From contig JBEKDF010000004.1 of NCBI GenBank assembly GCA_050014495.1, positions 1-64,000 of the forward strand: a DNA stretch of 64,000 bases. Reading direction: 5' to 3'. This DNA comes from Candidatus Bathyarchaeia archaeon. GTDB lineage: Archaea > Thermoproteota > Bathyarchaeia > TCS64. The position numbers and the translations under genes were made by a program. Below are positions 19,544-29,010 of this stretch, in pieces. How positions within the stretch are numbered: position 1 is the first letter of the stretch; each line of letters opens with the position of its first letter. The notes under the pieces are model-generated. The model was not told where the DNA came from. It saw only the letters and a program-made list of their open reading frames with translations, and made no database searches.

Positions 19544-20803
19544 ATGGTAAAGTTAGAATTCATGGGTGGAACCCATGAGGTAGGTCGTAATGCGATTGTG
19601 CTTCAGTCGAATGAAGCAAAGTTATTATTGGAATACGGTGTTAAGGTCGGGGAGCCGACTGAGTTCCCCGCCCATGTCAGGGCAAAGGACATCGACGGTA
19701 TAGTATTGGCTCACGCTCATCTCGACCACAGCGGTGGCGTGCCCATGTTCTACCTCTCAGAGAGGAAACCTCTCTTCTGCACATCCACGACAGCGGACAT
19801 CTCTAAGTTACTCATAGAAGACATGATTAAACTCAACAATTACTACCTCCCATTCGAATATATCGAACTCGACAACATGATGAAGCAGAGAAATGACCTT
19901 GCCTATGGGCAGGAGGTCAAACTCAAGGATATCAACTTCAATCTACAGAACGCGGGCCACATCCCTGGATCCGCCATGGTAGACCTCGAGGTCAACGGCA
20001 AAAGCATCCTCTACACTAGCGACTTCAACACAATAGAGACACGCCTCTGCACCGCAGCAAAGGTCCCCAAGAAGAAGTACGACACGGTTATAATCGAATC
20101 AACATACGCGACTCACGAGCACCCTGAGAGGAAGCAGCTCGAGATAGAATTCGTTAAGGCGGTCAAGGATGTCGTCAACGATGGCGGCAAGGTCCTTATC
20201 CCCGCCTTCGCCGTGGGTCGGAGCCAGGAGATGTTCAGCATCCTCCACGCCCACGGCTTCGAGGGCGCTGTCGTACTCGACGGAATGGCTCGTGCGGTAG
20301 ACCGAATCCTCCTCGAAAGACAAGAGGCGGTTAAGACCCCTGCACAGTTCGAGCAGGCGTGTATGAGAGTACAGGAGGTACGTGGCTGGAGAGACCGGAG
20401 GAAGGCGATTAGCCAGGCGAATGTCATAGTCGCCCCTAGTGGTATGCTTCAGGGAGGCACAGCTGTCTTCTATATGGAGAAGCTTGGCTTCCGCCCCGAG
20501 AACGCGATCTTCCTCGTCAGTTTCCAAGTTCCGGGCACGGGGGGCTCCAAACTCATGGAGCAGGGTACCTTCAACATCGCCGAGAAGGATGAGAAGGTCA
20601 CAGCCAAGGTTCGCCACTTCGACTTCAGTAGCCACACCGGCGCTACACCCCTTCAAAACTTTATTAAAGGACTCAAGGGAAAACCAGACCTCTACGTCAT
20701 CCACGGCGAGCCTGATAGCTGTGACTACCTCGCCCAATGGGCGCAGGATGAGTGCGGCCTAAAGGCAACAGCTCCAAATTTGGGCGACGAGTTCGAGGTC
20801 TAA
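19544..20803 (+). CDS. beta-CASP MBL-fold ribonuclease
   Basis: GGTHEVGR, HAHLDHSG, NAGHIPGS, ESTYA, PAFAVGRSQE, SGMLQGG, FSSH, IHGE. Confidence 0.92.
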   Translation: MVKLEFMGGTHEVGRNAIVLQSNEAKLLLEYGVKVGEPTEFPAHVRAKDIDGIVLAHAHLDHSGGVPMFYLSERKPLFCTSTTADISKLLIEDMIKLNNYYLPFEYIELDNMMKQRNDLAYGQEVKLKDINFNLQNAGHIPGSAMVDLEVNGKSILYTSDFNTIETRLCTAAKVPKKKYDTVIIESTYATHEHPERKQLEIEFVKAVKDVVNDGGKVLIPAFAVGRSQEMFSILHAHGFEGAVVLDGMARAVDRILLERQEAVKTPAQFEQACMRVQEVRGWRDRRKAISQANVIVAPSGMLQGGTAVFYMEKLGFRPENAIFLVSFQVPGTGGSKLMEQGTFNIAEKDEKVTAKVRHFDFSSHTGATPLQNFIKGLKGKPDLYVIHGEPDSCDYLAQWAQDECGLKATAPNLGDEFEV

Positions 20804-20862
20804 CCCCAACCGAAAGGCTAAATATTAGCCTCTATTTCTCTTGTCAAGACACGGTGGCAGGT

Positions 20863-21057
20863 ATGCCGAAAGAAATCACTAACATTGACGAGTTCCTCAA
20901 GCTATCGGAGAAGGCGAGTGAGTGCAAGGTTAAGAAGCTCGGCGAGATAACGAAGCTCAAGCTGAGAACTCCTGGCAACCTATTCACCATAAAACTCGAG
21001 GCGAAGGCAGCTGAAGAGCTCCTCGCAAAACTAACCTGTCTCAAGACCGAGTTGTAA
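20863..21057 (+). CDS. rpl38e: ribosomal protein L38e
   Basis: MPKEITNIDEFLKL..C.VKK....TKLKLRT...LFTIK. Confidence 0.88.
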   Translation: MPKEITNIDEFLKLSEKASECKVKKLGEITKLKLRTPGNLFTIKLEAKAAEELLAKLTCLKTEL

Positions 21058-21201
21058 TTCGGCCTGGCCTTTTAGACCTGGTGCCAACGGCACAATTAAT
21101 CAATTGAATGAAGAACCAATATCCAATTCTAAATCAGACGTGGAGGGAAAAACAAGCTAAGTTAGCGATTGTTGGGGGGAGGGTGGGTGGGGGAGAATTC
21201 T

Positions 21202-23970
21202 ATGTACGACGAATGCGCCTTATCGAGGGTCGATGAGGTCTATGCACGCCTCCAGTCAGGGCCAGGCGGTCTGACCATGGAGGAGGTAGCTGCACGGCTT
21301 CAGAATTATGGCCCCAACAAGCTACCCTCCGCTAAGAAGAGGAGCCTCACGAGCAGGATGATCCTCCAGATTAGAAATGCCTTCAACTTGCTGCTTCTAT
21401 TCGCCTCAGCTCTAAGCTTTTTTAGTGGATACACTTATGGAGACCCCGGCTCGGTGCAGATGGGTGCCGCGATATTAGCGGTCGTAATAATTAATGTAGT
21501 CTTTAGCATCTTCCAGGAGACCCGCGCTGAGCAGGCCGTCCAGACTATCACCAAGCTCATCCCAACTAAGGCAAAGGTCTTCCGTGCCAATGTCGAAGTT
21601 GCGATAGAAGTTTCGGACATTGTGCCCGGCGACATCGTTGTCCTCGACGAGGGTGACAGGGTCCCCGCCGACCTCCGCCTCATCAGCGCCTTCGAGGTCT
21701 CGGTTGACAACTCGATCCTCACCGGTGAGTCGGAAGCGCTGAGGCGCTTCGTCGACATGACACCAGAGATGACTGTCAACAACGTTGTGGAGTATCAAAA
21801 CCTCCTCTTCGCGGGCTCCACTATAGTATCCGGCGTGGTGAGGGGCATCGTCCTGACGACGGGGAAGGACACTGTATTCGGGCGAATAGTCACCCTTTCG
21901 AGTCAGATCGAGGACCCTCTTAGCCCTCTGCAAAAAGACATCGATAGAACGGCAAAGGTCAACCTCTTCCTCTCCATTGTAGTGGGTGCCCTCTTTTTTC
22001 TCGTCGCGAAAACCTTCGTCAATCTCACCGTGATAGAGAGTATACTCTTCGCCATAGGTGTGATGATCAGCCTCGTTCCTGAGGGCTTCCAGCTCACCGT
22101 ATCGCTTAGCCTAGCCATCACTGCCCTCGGCATGGCGAAGAGGAATGTCATTGTAAAACGACTATCAGCCATTGAGACAATCGGTTCCATGACCGTCCTC
22201 TGCGTAGACAAAACAGGAACAATAACGAGTGGAGAGATGATGGTTGAGAAGCTCTGGACCAGCGGAAAGGTCTTCGATGTGAGCGGCGACGGGTACAGTC
22301 CCGAGGGCTTCGTCACCATCCAAGGAAGGAGGATGAACCAGGAAGAGAGACCCCACCTCATGAGCCTCTTTGAGGTATCTGCTTTCTGCACAAACGCAAA
22401 GCTCGTCGCTCCAACCGACAGAATAGGGCGTTGGTCGGTACTAGGAGACCCAACGGACGGCGCCTTCCAAGTTTTTGCAGGCAAGGGAGACTTTAACGCC
22501 GCGATCGCCTTAGCAGAGACTCCACGCATAGATCTCATTCCATTCGACTCCACGAGAAGGATGATGACCGTCATCCATGGAGCCTCTAGTGGCGCCATGA
22601 AGGCGTACACAAAAGGCTCATGCTACGATGTCTTGGCACGCTGTACCTCCATCTCCTATAAGGGAAGGAATGAACATCTCACCGAGACCATGATGGCTGA
22701 GATAAACCGCATGATAACCTCTTTCGCCTCAGACGGATATAGGGTCCTAGCCATGGCATCGAAGGAGCTACCCCAAGGTATGGCAACATCTGAAGAGGCT
22801 GAGAAGGAAATGACCTTCCTGGGACTCGCAGCGCTTCACGATCCGCCGAGACCGAAGACAGAGGCCGCTGTTCTCCATGCCAAAAGCGCGGGTGTTAAGG
22901 TCATCATGATTACTGGCGACCATGAACTCACAGCTGAGGCCGTGGCCAGGAAGGTTGGAATTATATCTGACTCCAATCACGCGGCGGTGACAGGCTCTGA
23001 ACTTAACAAGATGAGCGACGAGGAGCTCTCACGTATTCTCGACACCAGAGAGATGGTGTTCGCAAGAACGACTCCTGAACATAAGTTGAGGGTCGTTAAA
23101 GCCCTTATGGCGAAGGGGGAGATAGTAGCCGTGACGGGGGATGGGGTTAACGACTCCCCCGCCCTCATCGAGGCAAACGTGGGCATCGCCATGGGTGCAG
23201 GTGGTACCGACGTTGCACGTGAGTCCGCAGACATAGTTCTCTTGGACAATGACTTCACTTCAATCGTCGAGGGACTAAGACTTGGTAGGGCAACATACGA
23301 TAACCTACGCAAGTTCGTCTACTACGTCTACACTCACAACTTCGCTGAGCTTGTCACATTCGTCGCCTTCATAATACTCGGTATCCCGCTTCCACTTCTG
23401 GTAATACAGGTCCTGGCCATTGACTTATTACTAGAAATACCCGTCTCCCTTGCCCTTATCACGGAGGCCCCGGAGCCAGACGTTCTGGAGAAGCCGCCGA
23501 GGGCGAGAAACATCAAGTTGATGGATAGCAAGACGCTCGGTAGGGCAGCTGTCATCGGTGTAATAGTCGGTGCCACCGCGGTACTATACGCCTTCAACGT
23601 CTGGGGTCGGGGAGGATGGTATTACGGTTCCATCACATTGATCGATTCACGGATATACGCGATGGGCACGACAGCGGTGCTGGTTGGAATTATGGCGGGT
23701 CAGTTAGGGAATCTTATTTCGACACGAGTCGGCCTTCACTCGGCGTTAAAATCGAACCCATTTAGCAATAGGTGGATACCCATAGGTGTACTTGTTGAGC
23801 TGGGGATGCTTGCACTTATTGTCTACGCACCGTTCCTACAGCCCATTTTCGGTACCGCGGCACTGTCTCCTGTGGATTGGCTAGTTCTTTTCATATTGGT
23901 GCCCCTCGTCCTCCTGATCGACGAGTCGAGGAAATACCTTACGCGTCGGTTAACCAAGAAGAAGCGCTGA
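21202..23970 (+). CDS. type II cation-transporting P-type ATPase
   Basis: LTGES, VPEG, DKTGT, MITGD, TGDGVNDSPAL. Confidence 0.95.
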   Translation: MYDECALSRVDEVYARLQSGPGGLTMEEVAARLQNYGPNKLPSAKKRSLTSRMILQIRNAFNLLLLFASALSFFSGYTYGDPGSVQMGAAILAVVIINVVFSIFQETRAEQAVQTITKLIPTKAKVFRANVEVAIEVSDIVPGDIVVLDEGDRVPADLRLISAFEVSVDNSILTGESEALRRFVDMTPEMTVNNVVEYQNLLFAGSTIVSGVVRGIVLTTGKDTVFGRIVTLSSQIEDPLSPLQKDIDRTAKVNLFLSIVVGALFFLVAKTFVNLTVIESILFAIGVMISLVPEGFQLTVSLSLAITALGMAKRNVIVKRLSAIETIGSMTVLCVDKTGTITSGEMMVEKLWTSGKVFDVSGDGYSPEGFVTIQGRRMNQEERPHLMSLFEVSAFCTNAKLVAPTDRIGRWSVLGDPTDGAFQVFAGKGDFNAAIALAETPRIDLIPFDSTRRMMTVIHGASSGAMKAYTKGSCYDVLARCTSISYKGRNEHLTETMMAEINRMITSFASDGYRVLAMASKELPQGMATSEEAEKEMTFLGLAALHDPPRPKTEAAVLHAKSAGVKVIMITGDHELTAEAVARKVGIISDSNHAAVTGSELNKMSDEELSRILDTREMVFARTTPEHKLRVVKALMAKGEIVAVTGDGVNDSPALIEANVGIAMGAGGTDVARESADIVLLDNDFTSIVEGLRLGRATYDNLRKFVYYVYTHNFAELVTFVAFIILGIPLPLLVIQVLAIDLLLEIPVSLALITEAPEPDVLEKPPRARNIKLMDSKTLGRAAVIGVIVGATAVLYAFNVWGRGGWYYGSITLIDSRIYAMGTTAVLVGIMAGQLGNLISTRVGLHSALKSNPFSNRWIPIGVLVELGMLALIVYAPFLQPIFGTAALSPVDWLVLFILVPLVLLIDESRKYLTRRLTKKKR

Positions 23971-23974
23971 AACT

Positions 23975-24430
23975 CTACCTCGGCCAGTGCCTGTAAACTC
24001 TGATTCCCTCTTCCTCTAGAACTCCCCCCGTTATCTCAGCGGGTGTATCGAGACGCTTATAGATCTCCTCGCAGGGAATGTATGGGGATCCTCCCGTGAT
24101 GAGTTTGGCGAAGGTCTGGTAGGTGACTCCGTAGACTATCCGCCTTATTCCCGCCTCCCATATAGCGTAAGTGCACATGGCACAAGGAGCGGTGCTAGCG
24201 TAGATAGTGCTCTCTTCAAGAACATCTCGAGGAATGGTCCTCCTAGCCTCCGCGACAAGGTTGAGCTCTGCATGCCTCGTCTGATCCCTATCGGTATTGA
24301 CTGTGTTCACAGCAGTCAGAATCACCTCGCCGCTGTGGACGAGGATGGCGCCGAAGGGGTGATTACCTTTCACCGCTGCGGAGACCGCGAGGTCAAAGGT
24401 CCTCCTCATGTAGATATCATGTACAGTCAC
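23975..24430 (-). CDS. nucleoside/nucleobase deaminase (CDA superfamily)
   Basis: PFGA, HAE, PCAMC. Confidence 0.9.
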   Translation of the reverse strand: MTVHDIYMRRTFDLAVSAAVKGNHPFGAILVHSGEVILTAVNTVNTDRDQTRHAELNLVAEARRTIPRDVLEESTIYASTAPCAMCTYAIWEAGIRRIVYGVTYQTFAKLITGGSPYIPCEEIYKRLDTPAEITGGVLEEEGIRVYRHWPR

Positions 24431-24485
24431 ACGTAGCCCTCAGTTTAGATTTAAAGAATCTCAGTAAAAAGAGGCTCATAGATGT

Positions 24486-25646
24486 CTAAGCCTTAGCAAA
24501 GACCTTCATCGCTGCCCCAACTCCCGCACCTGGCTCCTTTACGTAGTTGAGCTGATGTAGGGCCATCTCCATAGCGGAAAGTGTGGCCGTAAGGTCGTTT
24601 ACCATGTCGCTGCCCATATGACCGACACGTACAGTCTTGTCCGAGACGCTTCCGAGACCGCCAGCGATTATCACGTTGAACTTCCCAACAGCGACGCGGA
24701 AGTCGCTTCCCTTCACAGCCTCGGGGAGCCTTGGCACACTCAAAGTGTGGGCGAGGCTCTTCTCATCAGGGAAACTTGTCAGCCCCATGCCCTTAATACC
24801 CGCCTGGAACGCCTTGCTGAAGAGTGCATGCCTCTTCCACCTGGCTTCCAGCCCTTCCTCGTTGATTATTTTCAGCGCTTCAAGCATTCCGAGAACCATA
24901 CCTGTTGCGGGGGTGGCGAAGTACTTCTTAGGGTCTTCCATTATTGGACGCCACTTCTTTAGGTTGGTATAGTAATCCGCGATTGGTGTCTTCCTAGACT
25001 CTATCGCCTTCCACGCTTTATCATTTAGACAGAAGAGACTCAACCCTGGTGGAGCACCAATGGCCTTCTGGCTGCCTGTGAGGCAGAAATCAATACCCCA
25101 CTCATCCATCTTGAGCGGCATACCGCCAATTCCACAGACACTGTCTACGACGTAGAGGACGTCCGTGCCTTTGACCAGTTTGCCGATATCCTCAATTGGG
25201 TTCCCAATCCCCGTGCTGGTATCAACATGTTCGACACAGACAGCCTTGTAACCGCCTTTGTCGAGCTTTTCCCTCACCAACTTAAGGTCCACTGCCTTAC
25301 CCCACTCGAATGTAAGGCGATCTGCGATACCGCCGTGACCAGGTACAATCTCCTGCCACTTCTCGCCAAAAAAGCCATTCTCAATACAGAGGACCTTGTT
25401 CCCCTTCTCAACGAGGTTGGCTGCGGCTGCCTCCATGCCTAGAGTCCCACTCCCCGAAATGAGAAATGGTGTACCACTCGTCATGAAGAGGCTCTTCTGC
25501 AGTCTAAGAGTCTCAGCATATGCCTCAGTGAAATCCGCTGCACCGTGGCTCAGTATCGGTTTGGCTAGGGCCCTGAGGACCCTGGGTGAGATCATCGTCG
25601 GTCCCGGAATCATGAGTAACTCGCGCTCGTGGTCCAAAATGCGCAC
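24486..25646 (-). CDS. alanine--glyoxylate/serine--pyruvate class V aminotransferase
   Basis: LMIPGP, SGTLGMEAA, DTSTG, VDSV, GSQKA, RVGHMG. Confidence 0.92.
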   Translation of the reverse strand: MRILDHERELLMIPGPTMISPRVLRALAKPILSHGAADFTEAYAETLRLQKSLFMTSGTPFLISGSGTLGMEAAAANLVEKGNKVLCIENGFFGEKWQEIVPGHGGIADRLTFEWGKAVDLKLVREKLDKGGYKAVCVEHVDTSTGIGNPIEDIGKLVKGTDVLYVVDSVCGIGGMPLKMDEWGIDFCLTGSQKAIGAPPGLSLFCLNDKAWKAIESRKTPIADYYTNLKKWRPIMEDPKKYFATPATGMVLGMLEALKIINEEGLEARWKRHALFSKAFQAGIKGMGLTSFPDEKSLAHTLSVPRLPEAVKGSDFRVAVGKFNVIIAGGLGSVSDKTVRVGHMGSDMVNDLTATLSAMEMALHQLNYVKEPGAGVGAAMKVFAKA

Positions 25647-25918
25647 CTAGGAGCATAGCCTACGGGTGGCGATTAATATCTTTCCTAGACGCGGAATTTG
25701 AACAGAATAAGAAATCTGAAACTGGTGTTGTGGGCGACATGGTTTTCACAAGGTTTCATAGACCCACTTGAGCGGCTCGGAGGGTTCGAAAATTGACAGT
25801 TAATACTCACCAAGTATACCCCACTTTATGATCCAAAACTTCATAAATTTCTGAAATTTTAAAAGTATACATTGCCACCAGAGCCTCGGCTTTAGTATCT
25901 CGCGTGCAAAGCCGTGGG

Positions 25919-26455
25919 TCATGATTTTAGCTTAGCGTAGTTCTCCCAGAACCTTTTTTTGCATCTCTCTATGAGCTTCTTTGAGTCATCGACGTCGTTC
26001 CACATCTCGACTCGGGTCTCCTTGTCTTCTGGCCTCTTGTAATTGTTATAGAAGTAGTTCAGTTCGTCTATCATGCTCTTCGGGATATCAGTGAGGCTAT
26101 TGATGTGTCTGTAAAAGGGGTCTGTGGTGCTGACAGCGACTATCTTATCGTCGAGGACGCCATCATCCCACATCCTTATGTTGGCGACCGGACGCGCGAC
26201 GGTGACGCAGCCCGTGAATGTGTGCTCGTTGATGAGGAGAACGACGTCTAAGGGATCGCCATCGTCGTCGAGAGTCTGTGGTATGAAACCGTAGTCGCAG
26301 GGGTAGTATGTGTAGAGGACGCGGTTGAGGATGAAAACACCCTGCTTCGCCTTGTACTCATACTTGTTCCGACCACCCCGCGTGATCTCGGTGACGACAT
26401 ATATTTCGCTGGGTGGATTGGGCCCTGTTGGGAAGTCGCGCCAGTAGTCGACCAT
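25919..26455 (-). CDS. ppa: family I inorganic pyrophosphatase
   Basis: NKYEY, YP.DYGFIPQT, DGDPLD, DDKIVAV. Confidence 0.95.
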   Translation of the reverse strand: MVDYWRDFPTGPNPPSEIYVVTEITRGGRNKYEYKAKQGVFILNRVLYTYYPCDYGFIPQTLDDDGDPLDVVLLINEHTFTGCVTVARPVANIRMWDDGVLDDKIVAVSTTDPFYRHINSLTDIPKSMIDELNYFYNNYKRPEDKETRVEMWNDVDDSKKLIERCKKRFWENYAKLKS

Positions 26456-26547
26456 AATGTTCAGAATAGTAGAGGCGCATCACATTTTATATTTACCCGC
26501 CACAAACCAGCAACGATGATTACTACTCGAACGAGTTCAAAGGCAAC

Positions 26548-27038
26548 TTGATCAATGGGACGACGGTCCGACTTAGGCCCTTCGGAGTCGAAGACACGGA
26601 TTTCCTTCAAGGTGGAACAACGACCACGTATACTTGGGCGATTTCGAGCCCTTAGAACCCGTATCCCGGGAGGAACTAGGGGAATGGCTCCCGAAGAAGA
26701 AGCCGGGTCAGCTATGGTATGTCATTGAGACCCCAGAAGGTGAAAAAGGTTGGCCAGATCGTCGGCAGGCATCAGGAAGACGGCTCGGTCCAGATAGGCT
26801 ATCGCGTCATACCCTCCGCGCGTGGGAAAGGCTACTGCACAGAGGCAGTGAGAGCCTTAATCACCCACCTCTTCTCATCAGGCGTGGAGAGGGTTGTCGC
26901 CGAGGTTAACACAGGTAACAAGCCCTCAATCAGGGTGCTGGAGAAATTGGGATTAGGGATAAAGAATACAAGGAGAAGCTGGTTAGGATTAATGGAGTCT
27001 GGTTGGATGGGGTAGTTTATGAGCTTAGATTGGGTTAG
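26548..27038 (+). pseudogene. RimJ/RimL-type GNAT acetyltransferase, frameshifted
   Basis: LINGTTVRLRPF / WNND.. / IGY..ARGKGYCTEA..N.PSIRVLEKLG / GVWLDGVVY spread across frames; shifts near 26610, 26747, 26955. Confidence 0.75.
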
Positions 27039-27280
27039 GGCTCATCCTCAGGCATAGGCGTGTTGGCGAGGACCTCTCTCCAAGCCTCCAGTGTCTCCAG
27101 TGCCTCCTTCTCGTCGAGTGTCTGGATCACGAAACCCGTGTGGACGAGGACCCAAGTGCCAGGTTTGACGGTGCCTTTCTCCATGAGGTCTATAATCGCC
27201 TCGCGTTTCACGCCGCCGAAGTCGACTATGGCAACCCTACCGTCGATTGATTCGATCTTCCCGGGGATGGCGAGACACAT
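27035..27280 (-). CDS. hypC: hydrogenase maturation chaperone HypC
   Basis: MCLAIPG..VDFGGV..WVLVHTGF; start reassigned to ATG 27280. Confidence 0.93.
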   Translation of the reverse strand: MCLAIPGKIESIDGRVAIVDFGGVKREAIIDLMEKGTVKPGTWVLVHTGFVIQTLDEKEALETLEAWREVLANTPMPEDEP

Positions 27281-27401
27281 ATCAGCAGTTGCAGGGGGTC
27301 GGGAGCTTATAACCCCTACTCCGGTGAACCAAATTGAGTTTTTTTTTTGAGACAATCACTTTTTTTGGAAGGTTTTAATACCCGCGCGATAAGGGATTAC
27401 T

Positions 27402-27927
27402 TCAAGACTCAGTCCTGAGAAGCCGGGTTCGGTTCTCGTCTACCTCACCATCCCTAATCGAGACTGAATAATCCCTTTCCGCAGATTCCGAGGAGACGAG
27501 GCCGTTCAACATGTCCCTTAGGACCATCTGTGTGTCCCTCCTCTTCGGGTCTCCATATCCTCCCCCTCCGGGGGTGTGGATTATTAGGGTGTCACCTTCC
27601 TCGATCTGGATGGTGCACTTTGAGGGTAGCGTAAGGATATTGCCCCCCTTCTTGAGGAGCTTATACTCCCCCAGTGCCCCGCTTTCACCTCCTGTAGGCC
27701 CCAGGGTCGTATCTTCGTCCTTTCCGCGAGGATGCTTAGAGTCGCCTTCGGGGCAGTGAGGGTCCAACTCCTCTCAATCCCGCAGCCACCACGCTTCTCC
27801 CCAGCCCCTCCTGTATCTGGGCGCAGACCGTAGGAGACGAAGTGCATCGGCAGGTAGGCCTCCAGGCTCTCGATGGGAGTGTTCATAGTGTTCGTCATGT
27901 TGACGTGGACGCCATCCACGCCGTCGT
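27402..27927 (-). pseudogene. hydantoinase B/oxoprolinase C-terminal fragment
   Basis: DGVHVNMTNTMNTPIE, GGAG..RGG.G, PWGL, TPGGGGYGDP; frameshift near 27695; N-terminal part absent. Confidence 0.85.
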
Positions 27928-28032
27928 GCGCGCCTCTCGTATCCGGTTTAATGTCAACGGCGTATTTCCCTGATGACCCCACCATCCTCGAGTCTCATGA
28001 TACGGGCTGAGACACTCGCTTACACGAGTTGA

Positions 28033-28467
28033 TTAGAGGAACCCCTCCTCCTTCGCGGTCTTCTCCACGAAGACACGCGTAGACTCCATGATGTCAACGG
28101 AGCTGAGGTCGTCGAGTCTCACCCACCGTGCCTCAGCGGCGTCGTCGCTAGCTTTTAGCTCTCCGGAGACATACTCGCAGAGATATTCGAAGAGGACATA
28201 GTGCCAATGTACCCGTCCGTCATCGTCCCTGCGAATGGAGTCGAATGTCGTGATGTGCTTTACGGGCCTGCACTCACAACCGGTCTCCTCTCGGACCTCC
28301 CTGATGAGAGCCTGCTCGATGGTCTCACCGACCTCGACGATGCCTCCTGGTATCCCCCACTTACCCTTACTAGGTTCACGCCCCCGCTTAACAAGGATAA
28401 TCTCCTTTCCTCGGAGAACGATCCCTGCAACCCCGGGGATGGGATGGATCGGATATTCTCTGCTCGT
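28033..28467 (-). CDS. Nudix hydrolase (ADP-ribose pyrophosphatase-like); not in ORF track, ACG at start position
   Basis: (T)SREYPIHPIPGVAG..LVKRG.EP.KGKWGIPGGIVEVGET....REVREETG Nudix box; 145 codons, no internal stop. Confidence 0.85.
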   Translation of the reverse strand, partial: TSREYPIHPIPGVAGIVLRGKEIILVKRGREPSKGKWGIPGGIVEVGETIEQALIREVREETGCECRPVKHITTFDSIRRDDDGRVHWHYVLFEYLCEYVSGELKASDDAAEARWVRLDDLSSVDIMESTRVFVEKTAKEEGFL

Positions 28468-28476
28468 AGGACAACC

Positions 28477-29010
28477 TCAGACTGTTTGGGCACCGGCCTC
28501 TATTGCCCTGATGTTAAGCTCGTGGAACTGGGGCCTTATAAGTGCCTTAACGGAATCCCTGAGCTGGTCAAGGGTTATGATGTTAGTCTTCTTCGTATAG
28601 GCGGCAAGGATTATCATGTTAGCAACAATGGAGTTGCCGAGCTTCTCGGCTAGGTCCGCTGCAGGGACCGAGACGGTCTCTACGTCTTTCCTGACCTCCT
28701 CTGGCTTAAGCCGCGCAATGACGCGGCTGTCCACCATGACTAGGCTCCCCTCCTTCGCCACTCCTATGTACTTCCGGTAGCCGGGTAGACTTAGAATTAG
28801 CATCGCATCGCTCGCCTCGAACTGAATATCGTAGATCTCCTTGTCACTTGCAATCACAACGCTCTGGGCGCTGCCACCGCGAGCCTCCGCCCCGTAGCTT
28901 CGCGTCCCCACAACATGGTAACCATTCCTAAACAATGCTTCACTCAAGAAGTCAGCAGCGGCGAGGATGCCTTGGCCACCTGTTCCACTTATCATTATGT
29001 TGGTCTGCAT
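28477..29010 (-). CDS. 2-oxoacid:ferredoxin oxidoreductase gamma subunit
   Basis: SGTGGQGI, SYGAEARGGS, ANMII. Confidence 0.92.
   Translation of the reverse strand: MQTNIMISGTGGQGILAAADFLSEALFRNGYHVVGTRSYGAEARGGSAQSVVIASDKEIYDIQFEASDAMLILSLPGYRKYIGVAKEGSLVMVDSRVIARLKPEEVRKDVETVSVPAADLAEKLGNSIVANMIILAAYTKKTNIITLDQLRDSVKALIRPQFHELNIRAIEAGAQTV

Noticed and set aside
25690..25800. tRNA-like GGTTCGAA
   Set aside because: No cloverleaf, D-arm or acceptor stem.
27971..28010. C/D box sRNA (TGATGA...CTGA)
   Set aside because: Only 40 nt with no room for two guides; better explained as gene debris.
28201..28653. Plus-strand ORFs of 150 and 121 aa
   Set aside because: Antisense shadows of the Nudix and gamma-subunit genes.
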